From Burkholderiaceae bacterium (GTDB lineage Bacteria; Pseudomonadota; Gammaproteobacteria; Burkholderiales; Burkholderiaceae_F), in contig DATKFG010000077.1 of assembly GCA_035511515.1 (NCBI GenBank), positions 1,834 to 65,833 on the forward strand: 64,000 nucleotides of DNA. Direction: 5' to 3'. Of the stretch, positions 17,801-28,127 are shown one piece after another. The notes under the pieces were generated by a model. That model was not told where the DNA came from. It ran no database searches and worked only from the letters and a program-made list of their open reading frames with translations. The position numbers and the translations under genes are program-made. How positions within the stretch are numbered: the stretch's first letter is position 1; each line of letters starts with the position of its first letter.

Positions 17801-18015
17801 GATGTCCCCCGCAGGCGGCCCTGGATCCGGACCGCAGCGTCAAAATTTAGCCGCGCACTGCACCGTGCACTGCGAAAAGATGGCGCCCATTCGGGGCCCA
17901 ATTCGTGTCCGCCGGCTCTTCGGCTCTGACCCCATCCGCGGGGATGACGGGTTTTTGGGGTTACTCGCTAGCCCTGATTTCCTCGGCTTATCCGCGTTTA
18001 CGGGATCTCAAGTCT

Positions 18016-18040
18016 CCCAATAATCGGAAATCGCTTTGCT
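18016..18040 (+). promoter_or_regulatory. conserved motif and candidate sigma54 (-24/-12) promoter upstream of fliF
   Basis: CCCAATAATCGGAAATCGCTTTGCT. GG (18026-27)-N10-GC (18038-39) with TTGCT at -12. 14 of 15 nt are shared with the fliL upstream motif at 24947-24961. Confidence 0.35.
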
Positions 18041-18084
18041 ACGGGTGACGCGCAAACGCGCGCCCGGACGCCTGCGCCGAACCG

Positions 18085-19743
18085 ATGGACTCCTCGATCG
18101 CAGCCACTCAAATCATGCCCACCGGTATCGGACTGACGGCCAGGTTCTCTCCACGCGCGCGCGCCCTGATGGTGCTCGCCGCCGCCGGACTGGTCGCGGT
18201 CGTCAGCGCCGCCTGGCTCTGGAGCTCCTCGCCGAGCTACAGCGTCCTTTTCACCAATCTTTCGGACCGGGACGGCGGGGCGGTGATCGCGCAGCTGTCC
18301 CAGATGAACGTGCCGTACCGCAACGCCGACGGCGGCACGATCCTGGTGCCGGCCGACAAGGTCCACGAAGCGCGATTGAAGCTCGCCTCGCAAGGCCTTC
18401 CGAAGGGCTCGGTGGTGGGGTTCGAGATCCTCGAATCGCAGAAGTTCGGGCTGACCCAGTTCCAGGAGCAGCTGAACTACCAGCGGGCGCTGGAGGGCGA
18501 GCTGGCTCGCTCGATCCAGTCGCTGGCGCCGGTTGCCAGCGCCCGAGTGCACCTGGCGCTGCCGAAGAATTCGGGCTTTCTGCGCGACCGGCAGGCGCCG
18601 ACCGCGTCGGTGCTGGTGCAGCTGCATCCGGGCAAGACGCTCGAGCGGGGCCAGGTGGCCGGCATCGTTCACCTGGTCGCATCCTCCATACCGGAATTGA
18701 CCCCAAAGAATGTCTCGGTGGTCGACCAGCATGGAACGCTGCTGGCCACCCAGAGCGAGGGGCAGGGCAGCCTGGACGGGGAGCAGCTGGACTACGTCTC
18801 GCAGATCGAAACGGCCACGATCAAGCGAATCGAGGACATCCTGGAGCCGATCGTGGGTCGCACCAATGTGCGTGCCCAGGTCACCGCCGATGTCGACTTC
18901 TCCAATGTCGAGCAGATGGACGAGTCATACCGGCCGAACCAGGGCAGCGAGAAGGCCGCGATCCGCTCACAGCAGAGCACCGAGAATTCGCAAAGCGCCG
19001 GCGCCGGCGCCCAGGGCGTGCCCGGAGCTTTGTCCAACCAGCCGCCGGTTCCTGCGACGGCACCGATCAATGGGCAGCCGGCCGCGGCCACCGCCCCGCC
19101 CGCGGCGCCGGGTGCCAGCGCCCACCGCGAGCAGGTCACCAACTTCGAAGTCGACAAAAATGTGCGCCACACGAAGACGGCAAGCGGCGAGATCCGCCGG
19201 CTGACGGCCGCCGTCGTCATCAACAACAAGCCGGCTGCGGCGCCCGCCCCCAGCCCGACAACGAGCGGCGCCACGGGCGCCGCGGCGCCCGTGGCGGCGC
19301 CCGCCGCAACGCCGTGGTCGCAGAAGGAGATGGACAACATCCAGGCGCTGGTGCGCGAGGCGATGGGCTTCAACGAAAAGCGCGGTGACTCCCTGAATGT
19401 GGTCAACGTGCCGTTCAGCCAGCTCGAAGTGCCCCCGCTCGAGCCGACCCCATGGCTGCAACAGCCCGAAGCGATTGCGCTCGGCAAGGAGATCGGCAAG
19501 GCGGTGCTGTTTCTGATGCTGACGTTGATCGTCGTGTTCGGCGTGGTGCGGCCGGCGCTCAAGGCGATCAGCTCCCAGACGGTGATCGCGCCCGAGGCGC
19601 CGGCGCCAGCGGTCGAGGCGCCCGCGCCGCCGAGACCGGCGATATCGTCCTCACAACTGGACGCGATGCGGCAGATCGCGCGCGCCGATCCCGCCACCGT
19701 CGCCAACGTCGTCAAGTCGTGGGTCGGCGAGCCCAAGAACTGA
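18085..19743 (+). CDS. fliF: flagellar M-ring protein FliF
   Basis: 552 aa. LFTNLSDRDGGAVIAQLSQMNVPYRNADGGTILVPADKVHEARLKLASQGLP. Confidence 0.95.
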   Translation: MDSSIAATQIMPTGIGLTARFSPRARALMVLAAAGLVAVVSAAWLWSSSPSYSVLFTNLSDRDGGAVIAQLSQMNVPYRNADGGTILVPADKVHEARLKLASQGLPKGSVVGFEILESQKFGLTQFQEQLNYQRALEGELARSIQSLAPVASARVHLALPKNSGFLRDRQAPTASVLVQLHPGKTLERGQVAGIVHLVASSIPELTPKNVSVVDQHGTLLATQSEGQGSLDGEQLDYVSQIETATIKRIEDILEPIVGRTNVRAQVTADVDFSNVEQMDESYRPNQGSEKAAIRSQQSTENSQSAGAGAQGVPGALSNQPPVPATAPINGQPAAATAPPAAPGASAHREQVTNFEVDKNVRHTKTASGEIRRLTAAVVINNKPAAAPAPSPTTSGATGAAAPVAAPAATPWSQKEMDNIQALVREAMGFNEKRGDSLNVVNVPFSQLEVPPLEPTPWLQQPEAIALGKEIGKAVLFLMLTLIVVFGVVRPALKAISSQTVIAPEAPAPAVEAPAPPRPAISSSQLDAMRQIARADPATVANVVKSWVGEPKN

Positions 19744-19752
19744 TCGAACGCC

Positions 19753-20751
19753 ATGGACGACGCCGGCCTGGAACACGCCGCCATCCTGCTGATGGCCGTG
19801 GGCGAAGAGGAAGCCGCCGAGGTCTTCAAGTACCTCTCGCCCAAGGAAGTGCACAAGATCGGCGAAACGATGTCGCGCCTGCGCACGGTTCCGCGCGACA
19901 AGATCGACGATGCGGTGGCCCGCTTCCACGCTACCAAGGAGACCTCCTATTCGCTGGTGCGCGACACGGACGCCTTCGTCAGCCAGGTGCTCAAGAGGGC
20001 GCTCGGCGAGGACAAGGCCGGCATGCTGCTGGACCGCATCCTTCAGGGGCGCGACGTTTCCGGCATCGAGAGCCTGAAGTGGATGGATTCGGGCACGATC
20101 GCCGAACTGCTGAAGAACGAGCATCCGCAGATCGTCGCTTCGATCCTGGTGCACCTGGAGCGGGACCATTCGTCCGAAGTGCTCAAGAGCATGACCGAGC
20201 GGATGCGCAACGACGTGCTGTTGCGGGTGGCGACGCTGGACGGCATTCAGCCGCAGGCGCTGCAGGAACTGAACGAGGTGCTGTCCAAGATCCTGGCCGG
20301 CAGCGAGAAGCTGAAGAAGGCCACGCTGGGCGGCACCAAGACCACGGCCGAGATGCTGAACTTCCTGGGCAACACGCTGGAGTCGGCCGCCATCGAGTCG
20401 ATCCGCGAGCACGACGCCGATCTGGCGCAGAAGATCCTGGATCAGATGTTCACGTTCGAGAACCTGAACGACATGGACGACCGTGCGATCCAGCTGCTGC
20501 TGCGCGAGATCCAGTCCGAGTCGCTGATCGTGGCGCTGAAGGGCGCCGACCAGGCATTGCGCGACAAGGTCTTCAAGAACATGTCGGGCCGCGCCGCCGA
20601 GACGCTCAAAGAGGATCTCGAGGCCAAGGGGCCGGTGCGCGTGTCCGAGGTCGAAGCGGAGCAGCGCGAGATTCTCAAAGTGGTGCGCCGCCTGGCCGAC
20701 GAAGGCCAGATCCAGGTCGGTGCCAAGGGCGGCGATGACGCTTTCATCTGA
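19753..20751 (+). CDS. fliG: flagellar motor switch protein FliG
   Basis: 332 aa. AAILLMAVGEEEAAEVFKYLSPKEV...MFTFENL. Confidence 0.95.
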   Translation: MDDAGLEHAAILLMAVGEEEAAEVFKYLSPKEVHKIGETMSRLRTVPRDKIDDAVARFHATKETSYSLVRDTDAFVSQVLKRALGEDKAGMLLDRILQGRDVSGIESLKWMDSGTIAELLKNEHPQIVASILVHLERDHSSEVLKSMTERMRNDVLLRVATLDGIQPQALQELNEVLSKILAGSEKLKKATLGGTKTTAEMLNFLGNTLESAAIESIREHDADLAQKILDQMFTFENLNDMDDRAIQLLLREIQSESLIVALKGADQALRDKVFKNMSGRAAETLKEDLEAKGPVRVSEVEAEQREILKVVRRLADEGQIQVGAKGGDDAFI

Positions 20752-20783
20752 GCGCGCGCCGGCGCGCATGGCGGAGGTTCGGT

Positions 20784-21455
20784 TTGGGTGCATCTGACCG
20801 CGTGTTCTCGCGCAAGATCCCGAAGGACCAGGTCGGCGGCGCCGCCAACTGGGAACTGCGCTCGCTCGGCGACAGCGCCCAGGTGTCGCGCAATCCGAAC
20901 AGCCTCTGGTCGGAACGCGAACGCCGCGCCTTCGAACGCGGCCGCGAACAAGGTGCACTGGAAGCCACCCGGGCGGCCCAGCAGGTCCGCGCGGGCCACC
21001 TGGAGCGCATCGGCCAGGTGATCGCCAGCCTGCAGGCCGGCCTGGACGAGCTGGCGACGCGCGGCGCCGACACGCTGCTCGACCTTGCGCTGGAGGTGGC
21101 GCGGCAGGTGCTGCGCCGCGAACTGTCGCTGCAGCGCGACGCCGCGCTGCCGGTGGTGCGCGAGGCGATCTCACTGATCGCCGACCACGCCGCGCATCCG
21201 CGCGTGCATCTGAACCCGCAGGATCTGGCGCTGGTCAGTGCCGAGCTGGAGGCGGACGCCGGTTATCGCGGTTGCCGTTTCATCGCCGATGTGGGCGTGC
21301 AGCCGGGCGGCTGCCGGATCGAGACGGCGCATGGCGAAATCGACGCCACGCTGGAGACGCGCTGGCGCCGCGTGGTCGGCACGCTCGGCGCCAGTGCGCC
21401 CGGCCCCGCCGATGCCGACGCGCCGGACCGCGGCGATGCTCGATCCGAGGGGTGA
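20784..21455 (+). CDS. fliH: flagellar assembly protein FliH
   Basis: 223 aa. TTG start 7 nt after GGAGG (GTG 20802 is an alternative). Sits between fliG and fliI. FliH-like C-terminal half. Confidence 0.8.
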   Translation: MGASDRVFSRKIPKDQVGGAANWELRSLGDSAQVSRNPNSLWSERERRAFERGREQGALEATRAAQQVRAGHLERIGQVIASLQAGLDELATRGADTLLDLALEVARQVLRRELSLQRDAALPVVREAISLIADHAAHPRVHLNPQDLALVSAELEADAGYRGCRFIADVGVQPGGCRIETAHGEIDATLETRWRRVVGTLGASAPGPADADAPDRGDARSEG

Positions 21456-21460
21456 GCCGG

Positions 21461-22885
21461 ATGCAGCCGGGGCGCTACCTGGATTTTCTCGGCGAGTGCC
21501 GCGCACTGGCGGCTTCGAGCGAGCCGTTCGAGATGCGCGGGCGCCTGACTCGCGCCGCCGGCCTGGTGATGGAAGCAGTCGGGCTGAGGCTGCCGGTCGG
21601 TGCACAGGTGCTGGTGATCCAGGGCGACGGATTGAAATTGGATGCCGAAGTGGTCGGGTTCTCCGGTGAGCGCCTGTTCCTGATGCCGACCAGCGAGCCG
21701 CAGGGCTTGCGACCCGGCGCGATGGTGGTCGCACAGGAGCCCAGGGCTGCGCGGCCCAGGCTGGACCGGGTCAATCACCCGTGGCGGCGAACCGAGGACC
21801 GCACCCGTCGCCTGCCGATCGGAGATGCGTTGCTGGGCCGCGTGCTGGACCCCAACGGCGAGCCGATCGATCGGCGCGGACCGCTGACCAGCCCGGCCGG
21901 GCGCGCGCTGGCCTTCCTGCCTCTGTCGCGCCGCCCGATCAACGCGATGGAGCGCGAGCCGATCCGCACGCCGCTGGACGTCGGCGTGCGCGCCATCAAC
22001 GCGCTGCTGACGGTCGGGCGGGGCCAGCGCATCGGCCTTCTGGCCGGATCGGGCGTCGGCAAGAGCGTGCTGATGGGCATGATGGCGCGCTACACGTCGG
22101 CCGATGTGACCGTGGTGGGGCTGGTCGGCGAACGCGGCCGCGAGGTGAAGGAATTCATCGAGGACATCCTCGGAGCGGACGGCCTGCGCCGCGCAATCGT
22201 GGTGGCGGCCCCGGCCGATACGCCCCCGCTGACGCGGCTGCAAGGCGCGGCCTACGCGACCGCGATCGCCGAACACTTCCGCGATCGCGGCCAGCACGTG
22301 CTGCTGCTGATGGACTCGCTGACCCGTTACGCGATGGCGGCGCGTGAAATTGCGCTGGCGATCGGCGAGCCGCCCGCCACCAAAGGCTATCCACCCTCCG
22401 TGTTCGCGCGTCTGCCCCAGCTGGTCGAACGCGCCGGCAACGCGGCCGCCGGCGGCGGCTCGATCACCGGCTTCTACACGGTCCTGACCGAGGGCGACGA
22501 CCCGCAGGACCCGATCGCCGACGCGGCCCGTGCGATCCTGGACGGTCACATCGTGCTGTCGCGCCGCCTGGCCGAAGCCGGGCATTACCCGGCCATTGAC
22601 GTGGAGGCGTCGATATCGCGCGTGATGCCCGCCGTGTGCGATGCCCATCAGATCGAGGCAGCGCGCCGCTTCAAGTCGATCTTCTCGCGCTACCAGCGCA
22701 ATCGGGACTTGATTTCGGTGGGCGCCTATGTCGCGGGGGCCGACCCGGCGCTGGACACCGCGATCGCCGCCTTTCCCCGCATGGAGGCCTTTCTGCAGCA
22801 ACCGATGGACCAGCCGTCCTCGCTGCAGGATGCCGCGCAATGGATCGATGCGCTGCTGGCGTCGATTCCGACGGCGTCGGAATGA
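21461..22885 (+). CDS. fliI: flagellum-specific ATPase FliI
   Basis: ATG 21461 ([11 protein letters not shown]) lies within the 537-aa track ORF. Walker [16 protein letters not shown]1-ATPase-like core. Confidence 0.95.
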   Translation: MQPGRYLDFLGECRALAASSEPFEMRGRLTRAAGLVMEAVGLRLPVGAQVLVIQGDGLKLDAEVVGFSGERLFLMPTSEPQGLRPGAMVVAQEPRAARPRLDRVNHPWRRTEDRTRRLPIGDALLGRVLDPNGEPIDRRGPLTSPAGRALAFLPLSRRPINAMEREPIRTPLDVGVRAINALLTVGRGQRIGLLAGSGVGKSVLMGMMARYTSADVTVVGLVGERGREVKEFIEDILGADGLRRAIVVAAPADTPPLTRLQGAAYATAIAEHFRDRGQHVLLLMDSLTRYAMAAREIALAIGEPPATKGYPPSVFARLPQLVERAGNAAAGGGSITGFYTVLTEGDDPQDPIADAARAILDGHIVLSRRLAEAGHYPAIDVEASISRVMPAVCDAHQIEAARRFKSIFSRYQRNRDLISVGAYVAGADPALDTAIAAFPRMEAFLQQPMDQPSSLQDAAQWIDALLASIPTASE

Positions 22886-22925
22886 AGGATCGGATCGTGA
22901 GCTCTGAAGCGGGACCGGCCGGACG

Positions 22926-23405
22926 ATGGATGCGACCCAGCTGACCCGGCTGCTGGAGCTGGCGCTGCTCGCGCGCGATTCGGCAGCCTCGCGCCTGGCC
23001 GGGCTCGAACAGCAGGTCCAGCAGGCGCGCGAGCACCTGCAGACGCTGGCCGGTTACTCGGACGACTACGCATTGCGGCTGCGGGCCCGTGCGGGCGATG
23101 AGCTCGACCCGGCGGCGCAGTCGAACCAGCGCGCGTTCCTGGTGCGGCTGCGGGTTGCATTGGAAACGCAGCAGCGCGAGGTCAGCGCCCGCGAGCAGGC
23201 GAGCGCCGCGGCGCGCGCCGAGCTGGCGGTCTGTCAGCGCAAGGTCAAGAGCCTGGAAACGCTGATCGAGCGGCATGCGCAGGAAGAGTCGCGGCGTGCG
23301 GCCCGGCGCGAGCAACGCCATACCGACGAGGCGGGCCAGCGCTCCTCGCCACAGACCGTCAGCCAGGCGGGGTCCCAAACGACACAGGATCTGCACCGGC
23401 TTTAG
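22926..23405 (+). CDS. fliJ: flagellar export protein FliJ
   Basis: 159-aa coiled-coil protein directly after fliI. Confidence 0.75.
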   Translation: MDATQLTRLLELALLARDSAASRLAGLEQQVQQAREHLQTLAGYSDDYALRLRARAGDELDPAAQSNQRAFLVRLRVALETQQREVSAREQASAAARAELAVCQRKVKSLETLIERHAQEESRRAARREQRHTDEAGQRSSPQTVSQAGSQTTQDLHRL

Positions 23406-23451
23406 AGGCCGGGATGAACGATCGCCCCGCAACCTTCGAGATCGAACGCCG

Positions 23452-24882
23452 ATGAACCCGATACGGATCGCCCCTTCGCCATCGACTTCCACGCCGCAGG
23501 CCGATGCGGCCGCGTCCGGCAGCTCCGAGGCCGGCTCAGAGTTCGGACCGATTCTGCTGGCCGCGTCCGGTCAAGCAGCGCCAGCGCCAGCCAGGAGCGC
23601 GCCGCAGGCGCAACAGGCGGTCGGATCGCGCGGCTCTGCGCCCCAGGGCGGCGGGGGCGACACCGACGCTTCCGAGCCGGCCGGGCCCGACCGCGCGCTG
23701 GCGGCACGCAGCCGCCACAGCGCCGAACCCGATTCCAGGAATGGCAGCGACCCCGCTGCCGCAGCCGCCGCCGCGTGCATGGCCGCGCACGGCGCCCAGG
23801 CCCGTTCCGAAGCGGTGCCGGCGGGCGGTCAGAGCGCCGCGATCGCGGCTGTGGACGATGCAACGCGCGCAACCGGCGCGGCCATCGACACGGCCAGCGC
23901 CAGCGCCACGCCCGGCATCGCAGCGGCCGCCATCGCAGCGGCGAGCGGCACCGCCGCCGCGTCGGGACCCGCGTCCGCCGTGGCGACCGCTGCGGCCGCC
24001 GACGATGCGGCGCGCCCCATCGCGGCTGCGCCCATCGGCGCACGCACACCGGCGCAAGCCGTTGCGCTGCGCGCTGCCGATGCGCAGGCGTCGCAACCGG
24101 CGGGCAGTGCGCCCGCCTTCGCCGTGCGGGCTTCGGCGGGCGGGCCCGTGGCGCTTCTAACGAGCGATGTGTCCACGCAGACCGAGGCGGCGGATGGTGC
24201 CGATCCGTCCGCCGGATTTTCCGCCGCCCTGCCCGGCTCCGTGCTGGCAGCGGGTCGGGACGGACTGCAGGCCATCGCGCAGGCGGCCGCCGCCGCGCTG
24301 GCCGCACCCGCTTCCAAGCCGATCGAGGGTGCGGCGGCGCGCGCCGGCATCGGCGTGGGCGCGATGGCAACCTCCGATGCGGCCGGCGCGCCGACCGCCT
24401 CGGCGCCCGGCGCGATCGCACCGGCACCGATTTACACGACCGACGGCCGCTCCAGCGTCGCAACACCGGTCGGCCATCCCGAATTCGGACAGGAACTGTC
24501 CCAGCGCGTGGTGTTGCTGGCCCGCGGTGGCGTTCAGACCGCCCAGATCTCGCTTCAGCCCCCCGACCTGGGTCCGGTGGGCGTATCGATCCAGGTACAT
24601 GGCCACGCGGCCACGCTGGCGTTCACGGCGGCGCACGAGGCCACGCGCAACGCACTGGAAGCCGCCCTGCCGCGCCTGCGTGAAGCGTTTGCCGCCTCCG
24701 GCCTGCAGCTGTCCGATGCAACCGTCGGGGGCCGCTCTCAATCCGACTGGGCGGCGTCGGCCCGTCCCCAGGGCGCGGCCCGGCAGGACGACGACGGTGC
24801 GGCAGCAGGCGCCGCCCCGGCCTCCGAACCGGCTCCGGCGGGCGTCGCCGCTGCGGTGCGGCTGGTCGACATCTACGCCTGA
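23452..24882 (+). CDS. fliK: flagellar hook-length control protein FliK
   Basis: ATG 23452 (MNPIRIAPSPS). Ala/Pro-rich ruler region. C-terminal Flg_hook domain (QISLQPPDLGPVGVSIQVHGHAATLAFTAAHEATRNALEAALPRLREAF). Confidence 0.85.
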   Translation: MNPIRIAPSPSTSTPQADAAASGSSEAGSEFGPILLAASGQAAPAPARSAPQAQQAVGSRGSAPQGGGGDTDASEPAGPDRALAARSRHSAEPDSRNGSDPAAAAAAACMAAHGAQARSEAVPAGGQSAAIAAVDDATRATGAAIDTASASATPGIAAAAIAAASGTAAASGPASAVATAAAADDAARPIAAAPIGARTPAQAVALRAADAQASQPAGSAPAFAVRASAGGPVALLTSDVSTQTEAADGADPSAGFSAALPGSVLAAGRDGLQAIAQAAAAALAAPASKPIEGAAARAGIGVGAMATSDAAGAPTASAPGAIAPAPIYTTDGRSSVATPVGHPEFGQELSQRVVLLARGGVQTAQISLQPPDLGPVGVSIQVHGHAATLAFTAAHEATRNALEAALPRLREAFAASGLQLSDATVGGRSQSDWAASARPQGAARQDDDGAAAGAAPASEPAPAGVAAAVRLVDIYA

Positions 24883-24903
24883 AATCCTCGCCGAACAGTT
24901 GCC

Positions 24904-24929
24904 CAAAGTCCGGCGTATTCGGCCGATCG
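24904..24929 (+). promoter_or_regulatory. weak candidate sigma28-type promoter upstream of fliL
   Basis: CAAAGTCC-N10-GCCGATCG. The spacer is 1 nt short of the consensus. Confidence 0.3.
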
Positions 24930-24943
24930 GCCCAGCGATGGGT

Positions 24944-24969
24944 CCCGAATAATCGGCAATCAAAGTGCT
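24944..24969 (+). promoter_or_regulatory. conserved motif and candidate sigma54 (-24/-12) promoter upstream of fliL
   Basis: CCCGAATAATCGGCAATCAAAGTGCT. GG (24955-56)-N10-GC (24967-68). Shares AATAATCGG[A/C]AATC with the fliF upstream region. Confidence 0.35.
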
Positions 24970-25027
24970 GCGCTGATCACATAAATGCGCGAGGCGCGGT
25001 CGTTCGGCGCCCATTGGCGGAAACGAG

Positions 25028-25546
25028 ATGGCAGAAAGCAAGCAGGGGGCAGCCCCGGCGCCTGCGGCAGCGCAGGCTCCGGTCAGCAAGCGCCCGTCCA
25101 AGAAACTGGTGATCATCGTCGCCGCGACGCTGATGACGCTCGCCGGCGGCGCGGGCGCGTTCTTCTACCTGAAGCGGGCACCGGGGCCAGTGAACCAGGC
25201 CGACCGGAAAGAGGAGGCGCGCAAGCTTCCGAACTTCGTCGACCTGGAGCAGTTCACCGTCAACCTGGCCGAGAAGGACCAGGACCAGGACCGCTACATG
25301 CAGATCCGGTTCAGCCTGGAGGTCGCCTCGCACGAGGCCGAAGCGACGATCAAGGACATGATGCCGGCGCTGCGCAGTGAAATCCTGCTGGTGCTGGGCG
25401 CGCGCCAGTCGACCGACCTGGCCACCCGGGCCGGCAAGGAAGCCCTTGCCAAGGACATCGTCGATGCCTCCAACAAGTCGCTCGAACACACGGGCGCCGA
25501 CCATTCGGTCACGGCCGTACGCATCACGCAGTTGATCGTCCAGTGA
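25028..25546 (+). CDS. fliL: flagellar basal body-associated protein FliL
   Basis: 172 aa. Single N-terminal TM segment, then FVDLEQFTVNLAEKDQDQDRYMQIRFSLEV. Confidence 0.85.
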   Translation: MAESKQGAAPAPAAAQAPVSKRPSKKLVIIVAATLMTLAGGAGAFFYLKRAPGPVNQADRKEEARKLPNFVDLEQFTVNLAEKDQDQDRYMQIRFSLEVASHEAEATIKDMMPALRSEILLVLGARQSTDLATRAGKEALAKDIVDASNKSLEHTGADHSVTAVRITQLIVQ

Positions 25547-25561
25547 GCCGGCGAACCCGCC

Positions 25562-26563
25562 ATGAGTGAACAGTTCCTCTCGCAAGACGAAGTCGACGCG
25601 CTGCTCGAGGGCGTCACCGGCGAGTCGCAGAAACTCGAGCAGCCGGAGCAGACCGGCGGCGTCCGCAATTACGACCTGGGCAACCAGGAGCGCATCGTTC
25701 GGGGCCGGATGCCCACGATGGAGATCATCAACGAGCGGTTCGCGCGCAACTTCCGACTCGGCCTTTTCAACTTCATGCGGCGCAGCCCGGAAATCTCGGT
25801 CGGGCCGGTGCGTGTCATCAAGTATTCGGCATTCGTGCGCGACATCGCGGTGCCGACCAACATCAACATCCTGTCGCTCGCCCCGCTGCGCGGCTCCGGA
25901 CTGCTGATCTTCGATCCGAACCTGGTGTTCACCGTGATCGACACGCTGTTCGGCGGCAGCGGCAAGCTGCGCTTCCGGATCGAGGGGCGCGATTTTTCCC
26001 CCACCGAGCAGCGCATCATCCAGCGCCTGGTCCAGGTGGCCACCGCCGAGTACGCCAAGGCCTGGGGGAGTCTGTTCAAGTTCGATTTCAACCACCAGCG
26101 GTCCGAGATGCACACGCAGTTCGCCAACATCGCGTCGCCCTCGGAGATCGTGGTTGCCACCACCTTCAACGTCGAAATCGGCGACAGCGGCGGAGAAGTG
26201 CATTTCTGCTTCCCGTACGCCTCGCTCGAACCGATCCGGGACGTGCTGTACTCGTCGCTGCAGGCCGACGGCCAGGAGCCCGACCGGCGCTGGATCCGCC
26301 AGCTGACGCAGCAGGTGCAGAGCGCCGAAGTCGAATTGTGCGGCGAGCTCGCCAACACACCCATCCGGCTGGGCGACCTGGTCCGGCTGCAGGCCGGCGA
26401 CTTCGTCCCGCTGCCTTTGCGCGACATCATTCCGGTCAAGGTCGACGGCGTGCCCGTGATGGAGTGCAGCTTCGGAACCGTCAATGGCCACATCGCGGTC
26501 CGGATCGAGCGCCTGCTGAAGTACTCGCACTTCAGCGAATCCATGGCCGTCGAGGAGACCTGA
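25562..26563 (+). CDS. fliM: flagellar motor switch protein FliM
   Basis: 333 aa. N-terminal CheY-P-binding LSQDEVDALL. FliM core. Confidence 0.95.
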   Translation: MSEQFLSQDEVDALLEGVTGESQKLEQPEQTGGVRNYDLGNQERIVRGRMPTMEIINERFARNFRLGLFNFMRRSPEISVGPVRVIKYSAFVRDIAVPTNINILSLAPLRGSGLLIFDPNLVFTVIDTLFGGSGKLRFRIEGRDFSPTEQRIIQRLVQVATAEYAKAWGSLFKFDFNHQRSEMHTQFANIASPSEIVVATTFNVEIGDSGGEVHFCFPYASLEPIRDVLYSSLQADGQEPDRRWIRQLTQQVQSAEVELCGELANTPIRLGDLVRLQAGDFVPLPLRDIIPVKVDGVPVMECSFGTVNGHIAVRIERLLKYSHFSESMAVEET

Positions 26564-26565
26564 GG

Positions 26566-26988
26566 ATGGAACCGAGCGACAAGACATCCTCCGTGCCACC
26601 CGGCTCGGAAGACGACTGGAGCGCCGCGATGGCCGAGCAGGCCTCGGTCCGGGGTGCGGTGGAACCGGCTGCGCAGCCAGCCAACATCTTTCCGCGGCTG
26701 GCGCCCGGCAATACGTCCGAATCGCCGCAGGACCTGGACCTGATCCTGGACATCCCGGTGAACCTGACCGTCGAGCTGGGCCGCACCAAGATACCGATCA
26801 AGCACATCCTGCAGCTGGCCCAGGGTTCGGTGATCGAGCTGGACGCGCTGGCGGGCGAACCGATGGACGTGCTCGTCAACGGGTGCCTGATCGCCCAGGG
26901 CGAGGTGGTCGTGGTGAACGAGAAATTCGGCATCCGCCTGACCGACATCGTCACGCCGAGCGAGCGCATGCGGCGCCTCCACCGCTAG
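26566..26988 (+). CDS. fliN: flagellar motor switch protein FliN
   Basis: 140 aa from MEPSDKTSS. SpoA domain LDLILDIPVNLTVELGRTKIPIKHILQLAQGSVIELD. Confidence 0.9.
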   Translation: MEPSDKTSSVPPGSEDDWSAAMAEQASVRGAVEPAAQPANIFPRLAPGNTSESPQDLDLILDIPVNLTVELGRTKIPIKHILQLAQGSVIELDALAGEPMDVLVNGCLIAQGEVVVVNEKFGIRLTDIVTPSERMRRLHR

Positions 26989-26991
26989 GGC

Positions 26992-27339
26992 TTGGAAGGG
27001 CGCATCGTGTCCGCAACGTCGCTGACGCCGCTGCTGCTCGCACTGCTGCTGGTGCTCGCGCTGATTCCGGCTGCAGCGTGGCTGCTGCGCCGTGCCGGCC
27101 TGGCGCAGCCGAGCTCGGCGGCCGGCTTGCGCATCGTTGCCCAGCTTCCGCTGGGGCCGCGTGACCGCGTGGTGATCATCGAGGTGGCCGATCGGCGCTG
27201 GGTGCTCGGAGTCGGCGCGGCCGGGATCACGCGCCTGGGAACGCTGCCGGCCGGCAGCGACGCTGCTGCGGACCCGACCGGGGCCCCTGCCGAACGCAGC
27301 TTCGCGGACATCTTCCGCCGCCTGGCAGGGCCGCGATGA
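26992..27339 (+). CDS. fliO: flagellar biosynthesis protein FliO
   Basis: 115 aa. TTG start (GTG 27007 is an alternative). Single TM segment, then [24 protein letters not shown] overlap with fliP. Confidence 0.75.
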   Translation: MEGRIVSATSLTPLLLALLLVLALIPAAAWLLRRAGLAQPSSAAGLRIVAQLPLGPRDRVVIIEVADRRWVLGVGAAGITRLGTLPAGSDAAADPTGAPAERSFADIFRRLAGPR

Positions 27340-28112
27340 AGGCGTCGGCGATCCGGCCGATCCTGACCGCCGCGGCGGTGCTGCTGGCCGTGCTGGCGCT
27401 GGCCGAGCCGGCATGCGCCCAGCAAAGCCCGCTGCAGATCACGACCTCGCCGATGGCCGGCGGAGGCACCCAGTACTCGGTGCCGGTGCAGACGCTGCTG
27501 TTCCTGACGGTCTTGAGCTTTCTGCCGGCGATGCTGCTGATGATGACCTCGTTCACGCGCATCGTGATCGTGCTGTCGCTGCTGCGGATGGCGCTGGGCA
27601 CCCAGGCCGCTCCCCCCAACCAGGTGCTGATCGGCCTGGCGCTGTTCCTGACGCTGTTCGTGATGGGGCCCACCTTCGACCGCATCCACGATCAGGCCTA
27701 TGTCCCGTACAGCGAGCAGAAGATCTCGCTCGAGCAGGCTGTCAACGCCGGATCGGCGCCGCTGCGCGACTTCATGCTGAAGCACACGCGCGAGACCGAC
27801 CTGGCGCTGTTTGCGCGCGCTGCGCGCGTCGAGACGCCCCAGAGCGGCGCCGCGCAGGCGAGCGAACTGCCGATGCGCGTGGTGATTCCCGCCTTCGTGA
27901 CCAGCGAGCTGAAGACCGCGTTCCAGATCGGCTTCATGGTGTTCATTCCGTTCCTGATCATCGACATGGTGGTGGCCAGCGTGCTGATGTCGATGGGGAT
28001 GATGATGCTGTCGCCGGTGCTGGTGTCGCTGCCGTTCAAACTGATGCTGTTCGTGCTGGCCGACGGCTGGAACCTGCTGATCGGATCGCTGGTGGCCAGC
28101 TATTCAACCTGA
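27336..28112 (+). CDS. fliP: flagellar export apparatus protein FliP
   Basis: 258 aa. Signal peptide, then [29 protein letters not shown]. Confidence 0.95.
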   Translation: MKASAIRPILTAAAVLLAVLALAEPACAQQSPLQITTSPMAGGGTQYSVPVQTLLFLTVLSFLPAMLLMMTSFTRIVIVLSLLRMALGTQAAPPNQVLIGLALFLTLFVMGPTFDRIHDQAYVPYSEQKISLEQAVNAGSAPLRDFMLKHTRETDLALFARAARVETPQSGAAQASELPMRVVIPAFVTSELKTAFQIGFMVFIPFLIIDMVVASVLMSMGMMMLSPVLVSLPFKLMLFVLADGWNLLIGSLVASYST

Positions 28113-28127
28113 GCAAAGGCAAGCACC

